Shown: piece after piece, positions 15,150 to 24,883 of the stretch
Position numbering within the stretch: the first letter of the stretch is position 1
Layout of the letters: each line of letters begins with the position of its first letter
Source of the DNA: Bacilli bacterium
Lineage (GTDB): Bacteria; Bacillota_I; Bacilli_A; RF39; UBA660
Assembly: GCA_017477845.1 (NCBI GenBank)
Contig: JAFUTR010000017.1
Location: 447 to 64,446 of the forward strand
Direction of reading: 5' to 3'
Length of the DNA stretch: 64,000 bases
Notes under the pieces: model-generated
The model's database searches: none
What the model was told of the DNA's origin: nothing
What the model saw: the letters and a program-made list of their open reading frames with translations, nothing else
Translations under genes and position numbers: made by a program

Positions 15150-16463
15150 TTAGTCTTTAAAAGGTATTTCTTTTGTATCTGGTATATCTAAAGTGTTGGT
15201 ATAATCTTCAAATTTATCAACCGTATCAGTTTCCATTTTATCAGTTACTCTTACATAAATGTTATATGTAGTCATAATAGAAGAATGTCCTAATCTTTTT
15301 GAAACAGCTTTTATATCTGCTCCTTGTTCTATCAGTCTTGTGGCATGTGTATCTCTAAAATCATGGAATCTGCATGGTATTTTTAATTCATAATTTATTA
15401 CTTTAAAAGCATGTCTTGTAGTTTCGGTTCCTCTATATTGTCCATTAGGCTTAACAAATATTAATTTTGCCTCTGGTAAATTTAGTTCTAGTTCTGCAGG
15501 TGCATCAACAATCTTGATTTCTTTCCTTTCTGTATGTGGATTTATTACTTCTTTTTCGTAATGTTTTAAATAAGCATCCCCATAGAACTTTATATATTCT
15601 TCTTGTTCTTTTTTATATTCTTTTAATGCTTTAATTAGTGTATCTCCTATACCTATAGTTCTATTTGATTGAGGATTCTTACATGTTCCATAATACCATT
15701 CTTCTACTGAATGTCCTTTTGTTATTACATATTTTTTAGGTAATTGATGTTGATTCTTTTTTATAATATTTTTGTTTACTGTTAATGTTTTCTTTTCAAA
15801 GTCTATATTATCCCACGTTAAAGCATAACATTCTGATACACGTAGTCCAGTATAATAAGCTGTTAAGAATGAATAATAGATATATGGTACATCTTTAAAT
15901 CTTTCTAGTATTATTTCAAACTCTTCTTGAGTAAAAATATGTGCTGGATCTCCTGTAACCACATCATATTTTGGGATATGTACTCTTTCAGCTGGATTAT
16001 CATTTATAAAATTAACTGTATAACATGCATATTTAAGCGATCCTTTTATTAATTTTAATATTCCTTTTAGATAATGCTTTGAGTAATGCTTTTCTTTATA
16101 TAGTTTATTAATATAGTTTTGTATTGTATAAGAATCTAGTTGAGTTAATTTATACATTCCTAATTCTGGCTTTAAATGATTTTTAATAATATTTAAATAA
16201 GATGCTATCGTCGCATATTTAACATTGAAGTAGCAATAATTAGTCATCCAGTAGTCTAAATAGTCTTCATATGACATATCCTTAATCTTTTGTTTTCTTC
16301 CAGTCCTAAAATATTCATTATAAGCAATAGCTCCTGCTTCTTGAGCTTCTTTTCTCGATTCGAAACCACTTTTATTAATATACCTTCTTACACCTCCTCT
16401 TGAAGCAATCTCAAATCGATATTGATAAACCTTTCCCCTTTTCATAATTCTAATCTCTGACAT
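15150..16463 (-). CDS. tyrosine site-specific recombinase/integrase (junction-proximal copy)
   Basis: 437 aa. Box I is TGLRVSEC. Box II is HDFRDTHATRL...LGHSSIMTTYNIYV. The N-terminal 89 aa share 56 identities with the other integrase by my manual alignment. Confidence 0.9.
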   Translation of the reverse strand: MSEIRIMKRGKVYQYRFEIASRGGVRRYINKSGFESRKEAQEAGAIAYNEYFRTGRKQKIKDMSYEDYLDYWMTNYCYFNVKYATIASYLNIIKNHLKPELGMYKLTQLDSYTIQNYINKLYKEKHYSKHYLKGILKLIKGSLKYACYTVNFINDNPAERVHIPKYDVVTGDPAHIFTQEEFEIILERFKDVPYIYYSFLTAYYTGLRVSECYALTWDNIDFEKKTLTVNKNIIKKNQHQLPKKYVITKGHSVEEWYYGTCKNPQSNRTIGIGDTLIKALKEYKKEQEEYIKFYGDAYLKHYEKEVINPHTERKEIKIVDAPAELELNLPEAKLIFVKPNGQYRGTETTRHAFKVINYELKIPCRFHDFRDTHATRLIEQGADIKAVSKRLGHSSIMTTYNIYVRVTDKMETDTVDKFEDYTNTLDIPDTKEIPFKD

Positions 16464-16537
16464 AATGTTCCCTGTCCTTTCTTATTGAACAAAGAAAAAC
16501 TAGCAATTCAAATGCTAGTTTCATTATTTCACAAAAA

Positions 16538-16670
16538 TGTGCACATTATATAATCCCTTTATTTATAAGGTTTTTAAGAGATTATTTTGAATATTTTATA
16601 CTTTTATGTGCACAAAATGTGCACATTTGAGAAAATTGGTGCTTTTTTTGTGCACATAAATTTTCTCAAA
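16538..16670. repeat. right-arm cluster of TGTGCACA palindromes plus a 12-bp inverted repeat
   Basis: TGTGCACA occurs at 16538-16545, 16607-16614, 16618-16625 and 16649-16656. The perfect inverted repeat TTTGAGAAAATT (16626-16637) / AATTTTCTCAAA (16659-16670) brackets the last one. All lie between the integrase start and the secA stop. Confidence 0.55.
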
Positions 16671-16684
16671 GCCTTATTTTACGG

Positions 16685-19174
16685 CTATTTTCCATGACAT
16701 TGTTTGTACTTCTTACCTGAGCCACATGGACATGGATCATTTCTTCCAATTTTTTCCTTTTTTGTTTTTTTAGCAACTGCATCTTTTCCATCATTTGTTA
16801 TCTTGTTTTTTGCAACTTCCTTTCTTTCAATGTTTTGCTTGATTTCAGCACGCATTAAGAAAGCGGTTACTTCTTTGTCAATTTTTTCATTCATCTCATC
16901 AAACATCTGGAATCCTTCAACAGTGTATGCAGTTAATGGATCTGTTTGTCCATAACTTCTTAAATGAATTCCTTCTCTTAAATGTGACATAGTATTTATA
17001 TGTTCTGTCCAATACTTATCTATAATATTAAGAGTAATTACTTTTTCAAATTCATCGCTTATTTCTTTAGGAATACTCTTTATCTTTTCTTCGTATTCTT
17101 CTACTAAGTGATTATAAATTAAATCAATTATTTCATCCTCTTTTTTATCATATAAAATTTTCGCATCTATATCTTTTTTAAGTAATCTTTCATTAACTGT
17201 TGCTACTATTTCATTTATATCTTCTTTTGTTAGTTTTGTTTCTACTTGTAAGTGTGACATTACAAGTGTTGTAATATAATTCTTCATTATATCCAAAACG
17301 GTTGAATGAATTGATTCATTATCTAGTATTTCATTTCTTCTACCATACATTATTTTTCTTTGATTATTCATTACTTCATCATAATTAAGTAATTGTTTTC
17401 TTATATCAAAGTTGTTTCCTTCAACACGTGCCTGCGCAGTTGTTAGAGCTTTAGAGAATGTTTTACTTTGTATTGGCTGATCTTCTTTTAAACCTAAAGT
17501 TTGCATCATTCTTTTTATTCTTTCACTTCCAAAACGTACCATCAATTCATCTTCCATTGAGACATAGAATTGAGTAAATCCTGGATCTCCTTGACGTCCT
17601 GATCTTCCCCTTAACTGGTTATCAATACGACGTGATTCATGACGTTCTGTACCAAATACACAAAGTCCTCCAAGTTCTTTTACACCTTCACCAAGTTTAA
17701 TATCTGTTCCACGTCCTGCCATATTTGTTGCAATTGTAACAGAACCTTTTTCTCCTGCTTTTGCAATTATTTCTGCTTCCCTAGCATGATTTTTAGCATT
17801 TAATACTTCATGTGGAATTCTTCTTTTATTTAAAAGATTATCAATTAATTCATTTGTTTCAATTGCAATTGTACCAACAAGAACTGGTTGTCCCATTTTA
17901 TGACGTTCTTCTATTGCATCTATTAATGCTTTATATTTTCCTGCTTGTGTAGAATATATTAAATCTGGTTCATCTTTTCTTATTACTTCTTTATTTGTTG
18001 GAATACAAATAACGTACATATTATATATATTTCTAAACTCTTCTTCTTCTGTTTTAGCAGTTCCAGTCATACCAGAAATTTTCTTATACATTCTGAATAA
18101 GTTTTGAAATGTTATTGTAGCAAGAGTTTTTGTTTCTTGTTGAATTTTTACTCCTTCTTTTGCTTCTATTGCTTGATGAAGTCCATCACTATAAGCACGG
18201 CCTTTCATAAGACGTCCAGTGAATTGGTCAACAATTACAATTTCTCCATCTTGCACTACATAATCCACATCATTTTTCATACTATAATTTGCTTTTAAAG
18301 CCTGATTAATAAAATGAACTAATGTAGTTTGTTCAAGGTCATATAAATTATCAACCCTAAAATGTTTTTCTGCTTTTTTAACTCCTTCTTCAGTTAATGT
18401 AACTCCTTTTGTTTTTTCATCATATAAATAATCATCATCTTCTTTTAAACTTTTAACAAATGAATCTGCATCCATATAAAGTGATGCACTTTTCATTTCT
18501 CCACCAGAAATAATAAGTGGAGTTCTTGCTTCATCTATTAAAACTGAGTCAGCTTCATCTATTATTACAAAGTTTAGGCCACGTTGAACTCTATTTTCTT
18601 TTTTTACTACCATATTATCTCTTAGGTAATCAAATCCAAGTTCATTATTTGTTGAATATAAAATATCGCAATTGTATTGTTCTTTTTTCTCACTTGGAGA
18701 AAGTGCTCTTAAGTTTGTTCCTACACTTAAACCAAGAAATCTATGGATGCTTCCCATCCAATTACTATCACGATCTGCTAGATATTCATTAACTGTTATG
18801 ATATGTACGCCTTCTCCAGTTAAAGCATTCAAATATGCTGGCATTGTTGCAACAAGGGTTTTTCCTTCACCTGTTTTCATCTCTGCTATATTTCCATAAT
18901 GAAGTGCAATACCTCCAATTATTTGAACCCTAAAAGGTTTAAGCCCAATTACTCTATATGCTGCTTCTCTTACTGTTGCAAATGCTTCAGGCAATAAATC
19001 ATCAAGTGTTTCACCATTCTTTAGTCTTGTTTTAAACTCTTCTGTTTTTGCCTTTAATTCATCATCACTTAACTTTTGATATTCTTCATCTAATACTTCA
19101 ACTTTATCTGCAATTTGCGAAAATTTCTTTAATTCTTTATATTCATGATCAAATAATTTTTTTAGTATATTCAT
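16685..19174 (-). CDS. secA: preprotein translocase ATPase SecA
   Basis: 829 aa with canonical SecA sequence throughout ([38 protein letters not shown]) and a C-terminal zinc motif [15 protein letters not shown]. Confidence 0.97.
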   Translation of the reverse strand: MNILKKLFDHEYKELKKFSQIADKVEVLDEEYQKLSDDELKAKTEEFKTRLKNGETLDDLLPEAFATVREAAYRVIGLKPFRVQIIGGIALHYGNIAEMKTGEGKTLVATMPAYLNALTGEGVHIITVNEYLADRDSNWMGSIHRFLGLSVGTNLRALSPSEKKEQYNCDILYSTNNELGFDYLRDNMVVKKENRVQRGLNFVIIDEADSVLIDEARTPLIISGGEMKSASLYMDADSFVKSLKEDDDYLYDEKTKGVTLTEEGVKKAEKHFRVDNLYDLEQTTLVHFINQALKANYSMKNDVDYVVQDGEIVIVDQFTGRLMKGRAYSDGLHQAIEAKEGVKIQQETKTLATITFQNLFRMYKKISGMTGTAKTEEEEFRNIYNMYVICIPTNKEVIRKDEPDLIYSTQAGKYKALIDAIEERHKMGQPVLVGTIAIETNELIDNLLNKRRIPHEVLNAKNHAREAEIIAKAGEKGSVTIATNMAGRGTDIKLGEGVKELGGLCVFGTERHESRRIDNQLRGRSGRQGDPGFTQFYVSMEDELMVRFGSERIKRMMQTLGLKEDQPIQSKTFSKALTTAQARVEGNNFDIRKQLLNYDEVMNNQRKIMYGRRNEILDNESIHSTVLDIMKNYITTLVMSHLQVETKLTKEDINEIVATVNERLLKKDIDAKILYDKKEDEIIDLIYNHLVEEYEEKIKSIPKEISDEFEKVITLNIIDKYWTEHINTMSHLREGIHLRSYGQTDPLTAYTVEGFQMFDEMNEKIDKEVTAFLMRAEIKQNIERKEVAKNKITNDGKDAVAKKTKKEKIGRNDPCPCGSGKKYKQCHGK

Positions 19175-19220
19175 AAAATCATCTCCATATTAACTATTTT
19201 ATCAAAAATAATGCTAATTT

Positions 19221-19250
19221 AAAAGAAAAAAAGCATTTTACAATGCTTTC
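19221..19250 (-). terminator. intrinsic terminator
   Basis: AAAGCATT-TTAC-AATGCTTT (19230-19249), followed on the minus strand by a T-run. It lies directly after the stop of 19251..19892. Confidence 0.6.
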
Positions 19251-19892
19251 TTATGCAAATATTTTTTCTTCATCGTCTTTTAGACTTGCAAGTGAGAATA
19301 TTGATTCTACTATATTTAATATAATTATTCCTGTTAAGAATATTACACTTAATTCATATGTGCAGTAAAATATTGTGTAATCATTGTATGTTGATGCAAA
19401 GAAATTTTTAATTATCCATGTTATTACAAATAAAACAAAGTTAACTAAGTAAAAACGTCCGATTGCTTTATTTTCAGTTTTATATTTATGTATTCCTGTA
19501 TATCCTAAAAGTAATGTTAAAACAATGTGTCCTGTTTTATACACTTTTTCTTCTTTTAATTCATCTACTTCTAACTTATTAATCTTGTATAAATTAATTT
19601 TTTGAAGTACTAGGAATACTAGTGCTACTATTAAAAATATAATGCATATTGTCATATGATGATTTAGCATAAATGCCAATAAACCAGTTGATACATTAGT
19701 ACAAGTAAACATCTCTTTTGTACAGTCTCCATTACATACTAAGTTATAAAAATCTACTCCACTGCAATCTAGAATTGATATTGAGTATATTAATACATAT
19801 AGTATAAATAAGCCAAAAACTGCAATTAGAAATTTATTATATTTAATAACATTTTTTCTTAATTTTAAAAATTCTTTCTTTTCTTTTTTCAT
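19251..19892 (-). CDS. TM2-domain membrane protein
   Basis: 213 aa, polytopic. LLLGYTGIHKYKTENKAIGRFYLVNF resembles the TM2 domain core. Confidence 0.5.
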   Translation of the reverse strand: MKKEKKEFLKLRKNVIKYNKFLIAVFGLFILYVLIYSISILDCSGVDFYNLVCNGDCTKEMFTCTNVSTGLLAFMLNHHMTICIIFLIVALVFLVLQKINLYKINKLEVDELKEEKVYKTGHIVLTLLLGYTGIHKYKTENKAIGRFYLVNFVLFVITWIIKNFFASTYNDYTIFYCTYELSVIFLTGIIILNIVESIFSLASLKDDEEKIFA

Positions 19893-19912
19893 ACTTATCC
19901 CCGCACATTGAA

Positions 19913-20455
19913 TTATTCTGATTCTATTATACCGTAGTTACCTTCTTTTCTTTTGTATACTACAGATATTTTAGAACTTTCTGCATCCTTAAATATATAA
20001 AATTGATGCTCAAGTAATTCCATTTGTAAAAGTGCTTCTTCTTCACTCATTGGTTTTACTTCTACAGTTTTTCTTTTTACTATTTTATATCCATCTTCTT
20101 TATCATCATCTGTTGCTTCAATTGCATCAAACATAAAGTCTTTAGATAATTTATCCTTCATTTTCTTTGATTGTAATTTTGTTTTGTTCTTTCTTATTTG
20201 TCTTTCTAATTTATCTACAACAACATCAATTGCTGCATATAAATCATCCCTTGTTTCTTCTGCTCTTAAAATAACATTTTTTAAAGGTATAGTAACCTCT
20301 ATTTTTTGATTATGTCCTTTTACACTAGCAACTACTGTCGCTCTTGTTTTTTCTGAATCACCAATATATTTATTAATTCTATTTAGTTTTTCTTTTGCAT
20401 AATCTTGAATTGCTTTAGTAACTTCAATGTTGTCACCACGTACATAAATTTCCAT
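19913..20455 (-). CDS. hpf: ribosome hibernation-promoting factor (long form)
   Basis: 180 aa. The N-terminal domain is S30AE-type (MEIYVRGDNIEVTKAIQDYAKEKL). The C-terminal dimerisation domain is KPMSEEEALLQMELLEHQFYIF. It is upstream of secA, as in Bacillus. Confidence 0.9.
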   Translation of the reverse strand: MEIYVRGDNIEVTKAIQDYAKEKLNRINKYIGDSEKTRATVVASVKGHNQKIEVTIPLKNVILRAEETRDDLYAAIDVVVDKLERQIRKNKTKLQSKKMKDKLSKDFMFDAIEATDDDKEDGYKIVKRKTVEVKPMSEEEALLQMELLEHQFYIFKDAESSKISVVYKRKEGNYGIIESE

Positions 20456-20531
20456 ATATTGTCCTCCTATATCTATATTTTAACACAAATATCTTACAAA
20501 TTCCAAATATTTCACAATAATAGAAAAAAAA

Positions 20532-20807
20532 CTACCTAACTATAGTAGTTTCTTTTACAACATTAACATCTAATGCTTGGTAACCTTTTGTAGTTTCTAA
20601 TAGTTTAAAATCTACAAATTGTCCTTCGCTTAAAGATTTATATCCATCTTGATTAATTGCTGAATAATGAACAAATATATCCTCATTATCTTTATAATCT
20701 ATAAAGCCATATCCTTTGTCATTATTGAACCACTTAACTCTTCCTCTCACTTCTACTAGCTCCTCTCTACCTTTAAATATTTTTTGATAGCTACCATACA
20801 TGCGCAT
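20532..20807 (-). CDS. cold-shock-domain protein
   Basis: [15 protein letters not shown] (RNP1) and DIFVHYSAI (RNP2). It has unusual N- and C-terminal extensions, and the start codon is uncertain. Confidence 0.8.
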   Translation of the reverse strand: MRMYGSYQKIFKGREELVEVRGRVKWFNNDKGYGFIDYKDNEDIFVHYSAINQDGYKSLSEGQFVDFKLLETTKGYQALDVNVVKETTIVR

Positions 20808-20835
20808 CTTTATAATATCACCAAAATGTTTTAAA

Positions 20836-20879
20836 AACCAAAAAAGGCTTAAACTGTTGTTTTGTTTCCTTTTTTGGTT
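20836..20879 (-). terminator. hairpin after the LytTR gene
   Basis: 12-bp perfect inverted repeat AACCAAAAAAGG (20836-20847) / CCTTTTTTGGTT (20868-20879) overlapping the stop codon. The U-tract is weak. Confidence 0.45.
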
Positions 20880-21606
20880 ATTTACTTTTTATTATAGATT
20901 TACTTAATAGTTTTTTATTCTCTCTAGAGATATCAAATGAAACAATTCCATTATTAAGAGTTATTTTATTTTCATTAGGATTATACTCAGTTACTTTATC
21001 TTTATTAATTATGCAACTTCTACTTGTTTTGATAAATCTATCATCAAGTCTTGTTATTACACTTTTAAGTGATTCAGGAGTATAAAAATTCCCATAATTA
21101 GATTTTATAATACATTTTTTACTATCTTTTTCTTTTGTTATCATTTCGATATTCTTAAAATCTATTTTCTTAATAATTCTATTTGTTTCTATTGTTAAAC
21201 ACTTTTCTCTATTATCATAGTTTTTTATTACTTTATTTAAGTCTTCTTTAAGTATTTTATTAAATAGTGCATCTTGATATATAATATCTAATAAGTATAT
21301 TCTTTTACTTAATAAATCATTTTTTATTGTTTTATCTTTTAAAATAAAGATAATAATTGAATTCCAATCTTCCTCTATATTCCTTATATAATTAGTTAAT
21401 TGAAGATTATTATCATTTAAAGATTCAACTGTTAACAAGTATACTTTGAATCCATTAATTGATTTTATTATTTCTTTGTCCTCTTTTAAATTATTATTTA
21501 ATAAATGATACTTTACTTCTATGTCATAATTCATCATATAACTACTTATTTCTTCTTTAATACTTTTTCCATTGTTATAGTTACTGCTAATTATAAAGTT
21601 TATCAT
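20878..21606 (-). CDS. LytTR-domain transcriptional regulator with a degenerate receiver-like N-domain
   Basis: The C-terminal region [61 protein letters not shown] is LytTR-like. I moved the start to ATG 21606 (MINFII), which has AAGGGG upstream. Confidence 0.6.
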   Translation of the reverse strand: MINFIISSNYNNGKSIKEEISSYMMNYDIEVKYHLLNNNLKEDKEIIKSINGFKVYLLTVESLNDNNLQLTNYIRNIEEDWNSIIIFILKDKTIKNDLLSKRIYLLDIIYQDALFNKILKEDLNKVIKNYDNREKCLTIETNRIIKKIDFKNIEMITKEKDSKKCIIKSNYGNFYTPESLKSVITRLDDRFIKTSRSCIINKDKVTEYNPNENKITLNNGIVSFDISRENKKLLSKSIIKSK

Positions 21607-21619
21607 TTTTTTCCCCTTT

Positions 21620-22699
21620 TTATTTATTTTTTTTGAAATGTTCCTCAACATGTTTTACTTTGTTTTCCATTTTTTCTGAAATTATACTTGTATGTAATAC
21701 TAACCATAAAACAATGGCTAAAAGTATAAAGTAAAGAATCATTCCATATTTTGGATTTTTTAAAACATATAATATTGAGGCAATTGAAAATAATATATTT
21801 ATTGCATATATTATTAAGACTGTTCTTCTTTGAGACAAGTGTCTCTTTAAAAACTGGTGATGTAAGTGTTCTTTATCTGCTTCAAATATAGGCTTTCTTT
21901 TTAATAATCTTCTTACTATTGCAAATAATGTATCCAATATTGGTACAGCAAGTATAAGAATTGGTACAAGCATTGACGTTAATAATGTTCCTTTGTATCC
22001 TAAAAGTGAAATAATTGATATTATAAATCCCATGAAAGCTGATCCTGCTTCTCCTGCAAATAGTTTTGCTGGATAGAAATTATGTACAAGAAACCCAGAT
22101 GTTGCTCCAAGCATTATAAAAGTTATTGTTATCTCAAGTGTTTGTACTCTTCCTTGAAAAAAAGCAATTATTCCAATAGTTAGATAAAATATTGAAGAAA
22201 GCCCAGAGCTTAGTCCATCTATTCCATCAATAAGTCTTATGACATTTGTGCATCCCAATATAAAGAATAGTGTTATAGGATATGAGAATATTCCAAATTC
22301 TATTTCGTAACCAAATACTGTAATACTTGTTAGAAGAATTTGTCCATAAAAAACTATTGTCGAAGCAGCTATAACTTGTCCTAATAATTCATATTTTGCA
22401 TCAAGTGTTTTTATGTCATCAATTATTCCATAGATTATGATTATAAAACTTCCTATCAGTATTGAATTCATTTCTATACTTTGAATACCAAACAGCATAT
22501 AGCCAAATAAGAATCCAGCAAAAATACCTAATCCACCTAATTTTGGAATAGGTTTATTATGAACTCTTCTATCATCATTTGGTACATCTATTGCACCAAT
22601 GTGATGTGCTATAACACTTGTAAGTGGCATTATTAAAGCTGTAAACACAAATGTTGTTAAAATCATTAAAAATATTTGATCTAGATAATCATTAAACAT
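21620..22699 (-). CDS. glycosyltransferase family 4 (TagO/WecA-type undecaprenyl-phosphate GlcNAc-1-P transferase)
   Basis: 359 aa, polytopic, with MraY/WecA-type motifs (NDDRRVHNKPIPKLGGLGIF, NVIRLIDGIDGLSSG). Confidence 0.8.
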   Translation of the reverse strand: MFNDYLDQIFLMILTTFVFTALIMPLTSVIAHHIGAIDVPNDDRRVHNKPIPKLGGLGIFAGFLFGYMLFGIQSIEMNSILIGSFIIIIYGIIDDIKTLDAKYELLGQVIAASTIVFYGQILLTSITVFGYEIEFGIFSYPITLFFILGCTNVIRLIDGIDGLSSGLSSIFYLTIGIIAFFQGRVQTLEITITFIMLGATSGFLVHNFYPAKLFAGEAGSAFMGFIISIISLLGYKGTLLTSMLVPILILAVPILDTLFAIVRRLLKRKPIFEADKEHLHHQFLKRHLSQRRTVLIIYAINILFSIASILYVLKNPKYGMILYFILLAIVLWLVLHTSIISEKMENKVKHVEEHFKKNK

Positions 22700-22750
22700 T
22701 TAAATCACCACTTTTATTATTATAGCAAAAAAAAAGAATAGTAAAAAGAT

Positions 22751-23008
22751 TTATTGATTTTTTAACCTTAAATATTTGTTTTTTGTAGCTAATCCACCAT
22801 TTAAATGTCTAATTTCTTTATGGTAATTGAATATATCTTTTATTTTTTCATATAATTCTACATTTATATATCTTAGTCTTTCTTGCATATCTTTGTGAAC
22901 AGTGCTCTTGCTAACATTAAATAAAAAAGCAGTTTCTCTGATTGTCTTTTTATTATCTATAATATATTTACTTTCCTCTATAACTCGATTAGTCATTTTT
23001 TTATTCAT
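22751..23008 (-). CDS. spoIIID: sporulation transcriptional regulator SpoIIID
   Basis: 85 aa. The sequence TIRETAFLFNVSKSTVHKDMQERL...HLNGGLATK is the SpoIIID signature. Confidence 0.85.
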   Translation of the reverse strand: MNKKMTNRVIEESKYIIDNKKTIRETAFLFNVSKSTVHKDMQERLRYINVELYEKIKDIFNYHKEIRHLNGGLATKNKYLRLKNQ

Positions 23009-23070
23009 AATTATCCCTCAATAAATTTTATTTAATTATTTACTTTTATATGAATAAAAAAATACTAAAG

Positions 23071-23694
23071 TTATATTTCTTTAGTATTTTTACCAAGTAT
23101 TGCATTTGGATTTTGAATATTTCCATTTTTTAATACTTCAAAATGTAAATTATAATTTGCATTATAAATTTTTGATGTTCCACTTTCTGCTATTTTATCG
23201 CCTTTATTTACTTTGTCATGTTCTTTTACTATAACATTATCAAGTACTTGATAAATACTTACAATGTCATTATCATGTGTAATTTCAACTATGTTACCAA
23301 GCACTTCATTATTATAAACTTTAGTTACTTCTCCATCCATAATAGCTATTACATCAAATTTTGAATTAGATGAATATGTCAGTCCAGAATTTTGTAGGTA
23401 AGTACTTTCATAATTTATGATTGCACCTTCTTGTTCTATTTCATTTCCTTGATAATTATAATATCCTACTATTACTTGAACATTATCTCCATTATATGGG
23501 TTACTTACAACCTCTTCTTCCTCCTTCATTACAGGAAGTGTGTTTTCAAATATTTCTTCATTAACATACTCAAGATTATCTTCTTGTGGTATTTCTTTAT
23601 AAAGTACTCCTGTTGAAAGATTCATTAGAAATATTACTAATAAAATATAGAATAGTGGTAATACATACGGTCTTAATACTAATTTCTTTTTCAT
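23071..23694 (-). CDS. membrane-anchored degenerate M23/LytM-domain protein (SpoIIQ-like)
   Basis: I moved the start to ATG 23694 (MKKKLVLRPYV), which has AGAGGTG upstream. It has an N-terminal TM segment. The C-terminal LytM domain reads NLHFEV instead of HLHFE, so one metal ligand is lost. It is adjacent to spoIIID, as spoIIQ is in Bacillus. Confidence 0.55.
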   Translation of the reverse strand: MKKKLVLRPYVLPLFYILLVIFLMNLSTGVLYKEIPQEDNLEYVNEEIFENTLPVMKEEEEVVSNPYNGDNVQVIVGYYNYQGNEIEQEGAIINYESTYLQNSGLTYSSNSKFDVIAIMDGEVTKVYNNEVLGNIVEITHDNDIVSIYQVLDNVIVKEHDKVNKGDKIAESGTSKIYNANYNLHFEVLKNGNIQNPNAILGKNTKEI

Positions 23695-23745
23695 TTTTTC
23701 ACCTCTAAATATATTTTTATCTAAAGATGAAATATTATACATAAA

Positions 23746-23949
23746 TTATGCAAAACAATTATAAAAATCGTAAAAAAAGTTTGTTACAAGATAAACAATT
23801 GCAATAGTCAAGAAAAAATAAAATAGTCTTGCTTGTTTAATCTTATTTTTTTTAAATATTTGATTAATATTTATTGAGTCCATTGACCATATTACAAAGA
23901 TTCCTACTATTATATAGAGTAAAAATTTAGCTTTCATTATATTCTCCAT
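23746..23949 (-). CDS. small membrane protein
   Basis: 67 aa with two predicted TM helices. Its start overlaps the end of rpiB. Confidence 0.4.
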   Translation of the reverse strand: MENIMKAKFLLYIIVGIFVIWSMDSININQIFKKNKIKQARLFYFFLTIAIVYLVTNFFYDFYNCFA

Positions 23950-24379
23950 TTTCGTAATCAGTTATATCTTTTATTCTTTTAATGTATCTTTCATTATTTT
24001 CAAACGGAGTTCTTAAGAATTTTTCTACTAAATTTATAGCATCATTAATTTTTGTTTTCCCACTAAATGCTACTACATTTGCATCATTATCTTTTCTTGT
24101 TAAATATGCTTCTTCTTCACTATTAACTTTGGCACATCTTATTCCTTTTACTTTGTTACATGCAATAGAAATTCCAATTCCACTACCACATATTAATATA
24201 CCATAATCATATTCTTTATTAGCTACTTTTTCTCCAAGAATAAATGCATATTTAGTATAATCAGTGCTTTCTTCACTATCAGTTCCTAAATCTGTAATAT
24301 CATATCTTTCTTTTAAATACCTATATAGTTCTTTCTTTAATTTATAACCTCTATGGTCATTTGCTATTGCTATCTTCAT
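23927..24379 (-). CDS. rpiB: ribose-5-phosphate isomerase B
   Basis: The sequence MKIAIANDHRGYKLK...GILICGSGIGISIACNKVKGIRCA is the RpiB/LacAB family. The start is set at ATG 24379, with AAGAGGTGA upstream. Confidence 0.85.
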   Translation of the reverse strand: MKIAIANDHRGYKLKKELYRYLKERYDITDLGTDSEESTDYTKYAFILGEKVANKEYDYGILICGSGIGISIACNKVKGIRCAKVNSEEEAYLTRKDNDANVVAFSGKTKINDAINLVEKFLRTPFENNERYIKRIKDITDYENGEYNES

Positions 24380-24445
24380 TATAGTCACCTCTTTTTTATT
24401 ATAAAACAAAAAAAACAAAAAAAAAATACCATAAAGGTATTCTTA

Positions 24446-24661
24446 CTAAGCATTCTCTTCTTGAGCAAAACCATACTTTTTGTTGAATTTATCAACACGT
24501 CCTGTATGAGTTTTTCTAGATTGCTGATTAGTATAGAATGGATGACATTTTGAACAAACTTCAACATTTATTTCATCTTTTGTTGATAATACTTCAAAAG
24601 TTTCCCCACAAGCACATTTTACTGTAGCTTTTTTGTAATCTGGATGTATACCTTTTTTCAT
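24446..24661 (-). CDS. rpmE: 50S ribosomal protein L31 (Zn-ribbon type)
   Basis: [24 protein letters not shown]...[10 protein letters not shown]. The start is set at ATG 24661, with GAGGAGAG upstream. Confidence 0.9.
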   Translation of the reverse strand: MKKGIHPDYKKATVKCACGETFEVLSTKDEINVEVCSKCHPFYTNQQSRKTHTGRVDKFNKKYGFAQEENA

Positions 24662-24721
24662 TTTTTCTCTCTCCTCTCGCCATGAACAAGTCATAGATAA
24701 TTGATAAGGATTTAACCTTGT

Positions 24722-24853
24722 ATGTTTCTTTGAGCAATTTTCTTCTTATATTTTGCTGACTTTGCTACAATGAATGCTGGGATTGTTCCAGGAACAAAAA
24801 TAAGTGCAAACACTCCTGCTAATATAAGTCCCTTTCTATTCATAAAATCACTC
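24722..24853 (-). CDS. possible 43-aa membrane peptide
   Basis: Below the track's length cutoff. My translation gives [43 protein letters not shown], with GAGGAG 7 nt upstream of the ATG. Confidence 0.35.
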
Positions 24854-24883
24854 CTCAAACGTCATTAATATACACTTTTTTAT

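Larger units (their letters stand above)
2556..16728. mobile_element. ~14.2-kb integrated island (integrative mobilizable element with cargo) in the 3' end of secA
   Basis: Identical 8-mer GCCACATG at 2556-2563 and 16721-16728, each adjoining a SecA-tail coding stretch. An integrase gene sits 220 bp from the right junction. An identical 20-mer occurs in both terminal arms. Contents: two integrases, xis, a MobV relaxase and accessory cargo. Confidence 0.6.

Noticed and set aside
24353-24567. Track ORFs 24353..24553(+) and 24385..24567(-) spanning the rpiB-rpmE spacer.
   Set aside because: They are driven by the poly-A/T run at 24400-24430, overlap the ends of rpiB and rpmE, and lack an RBS.
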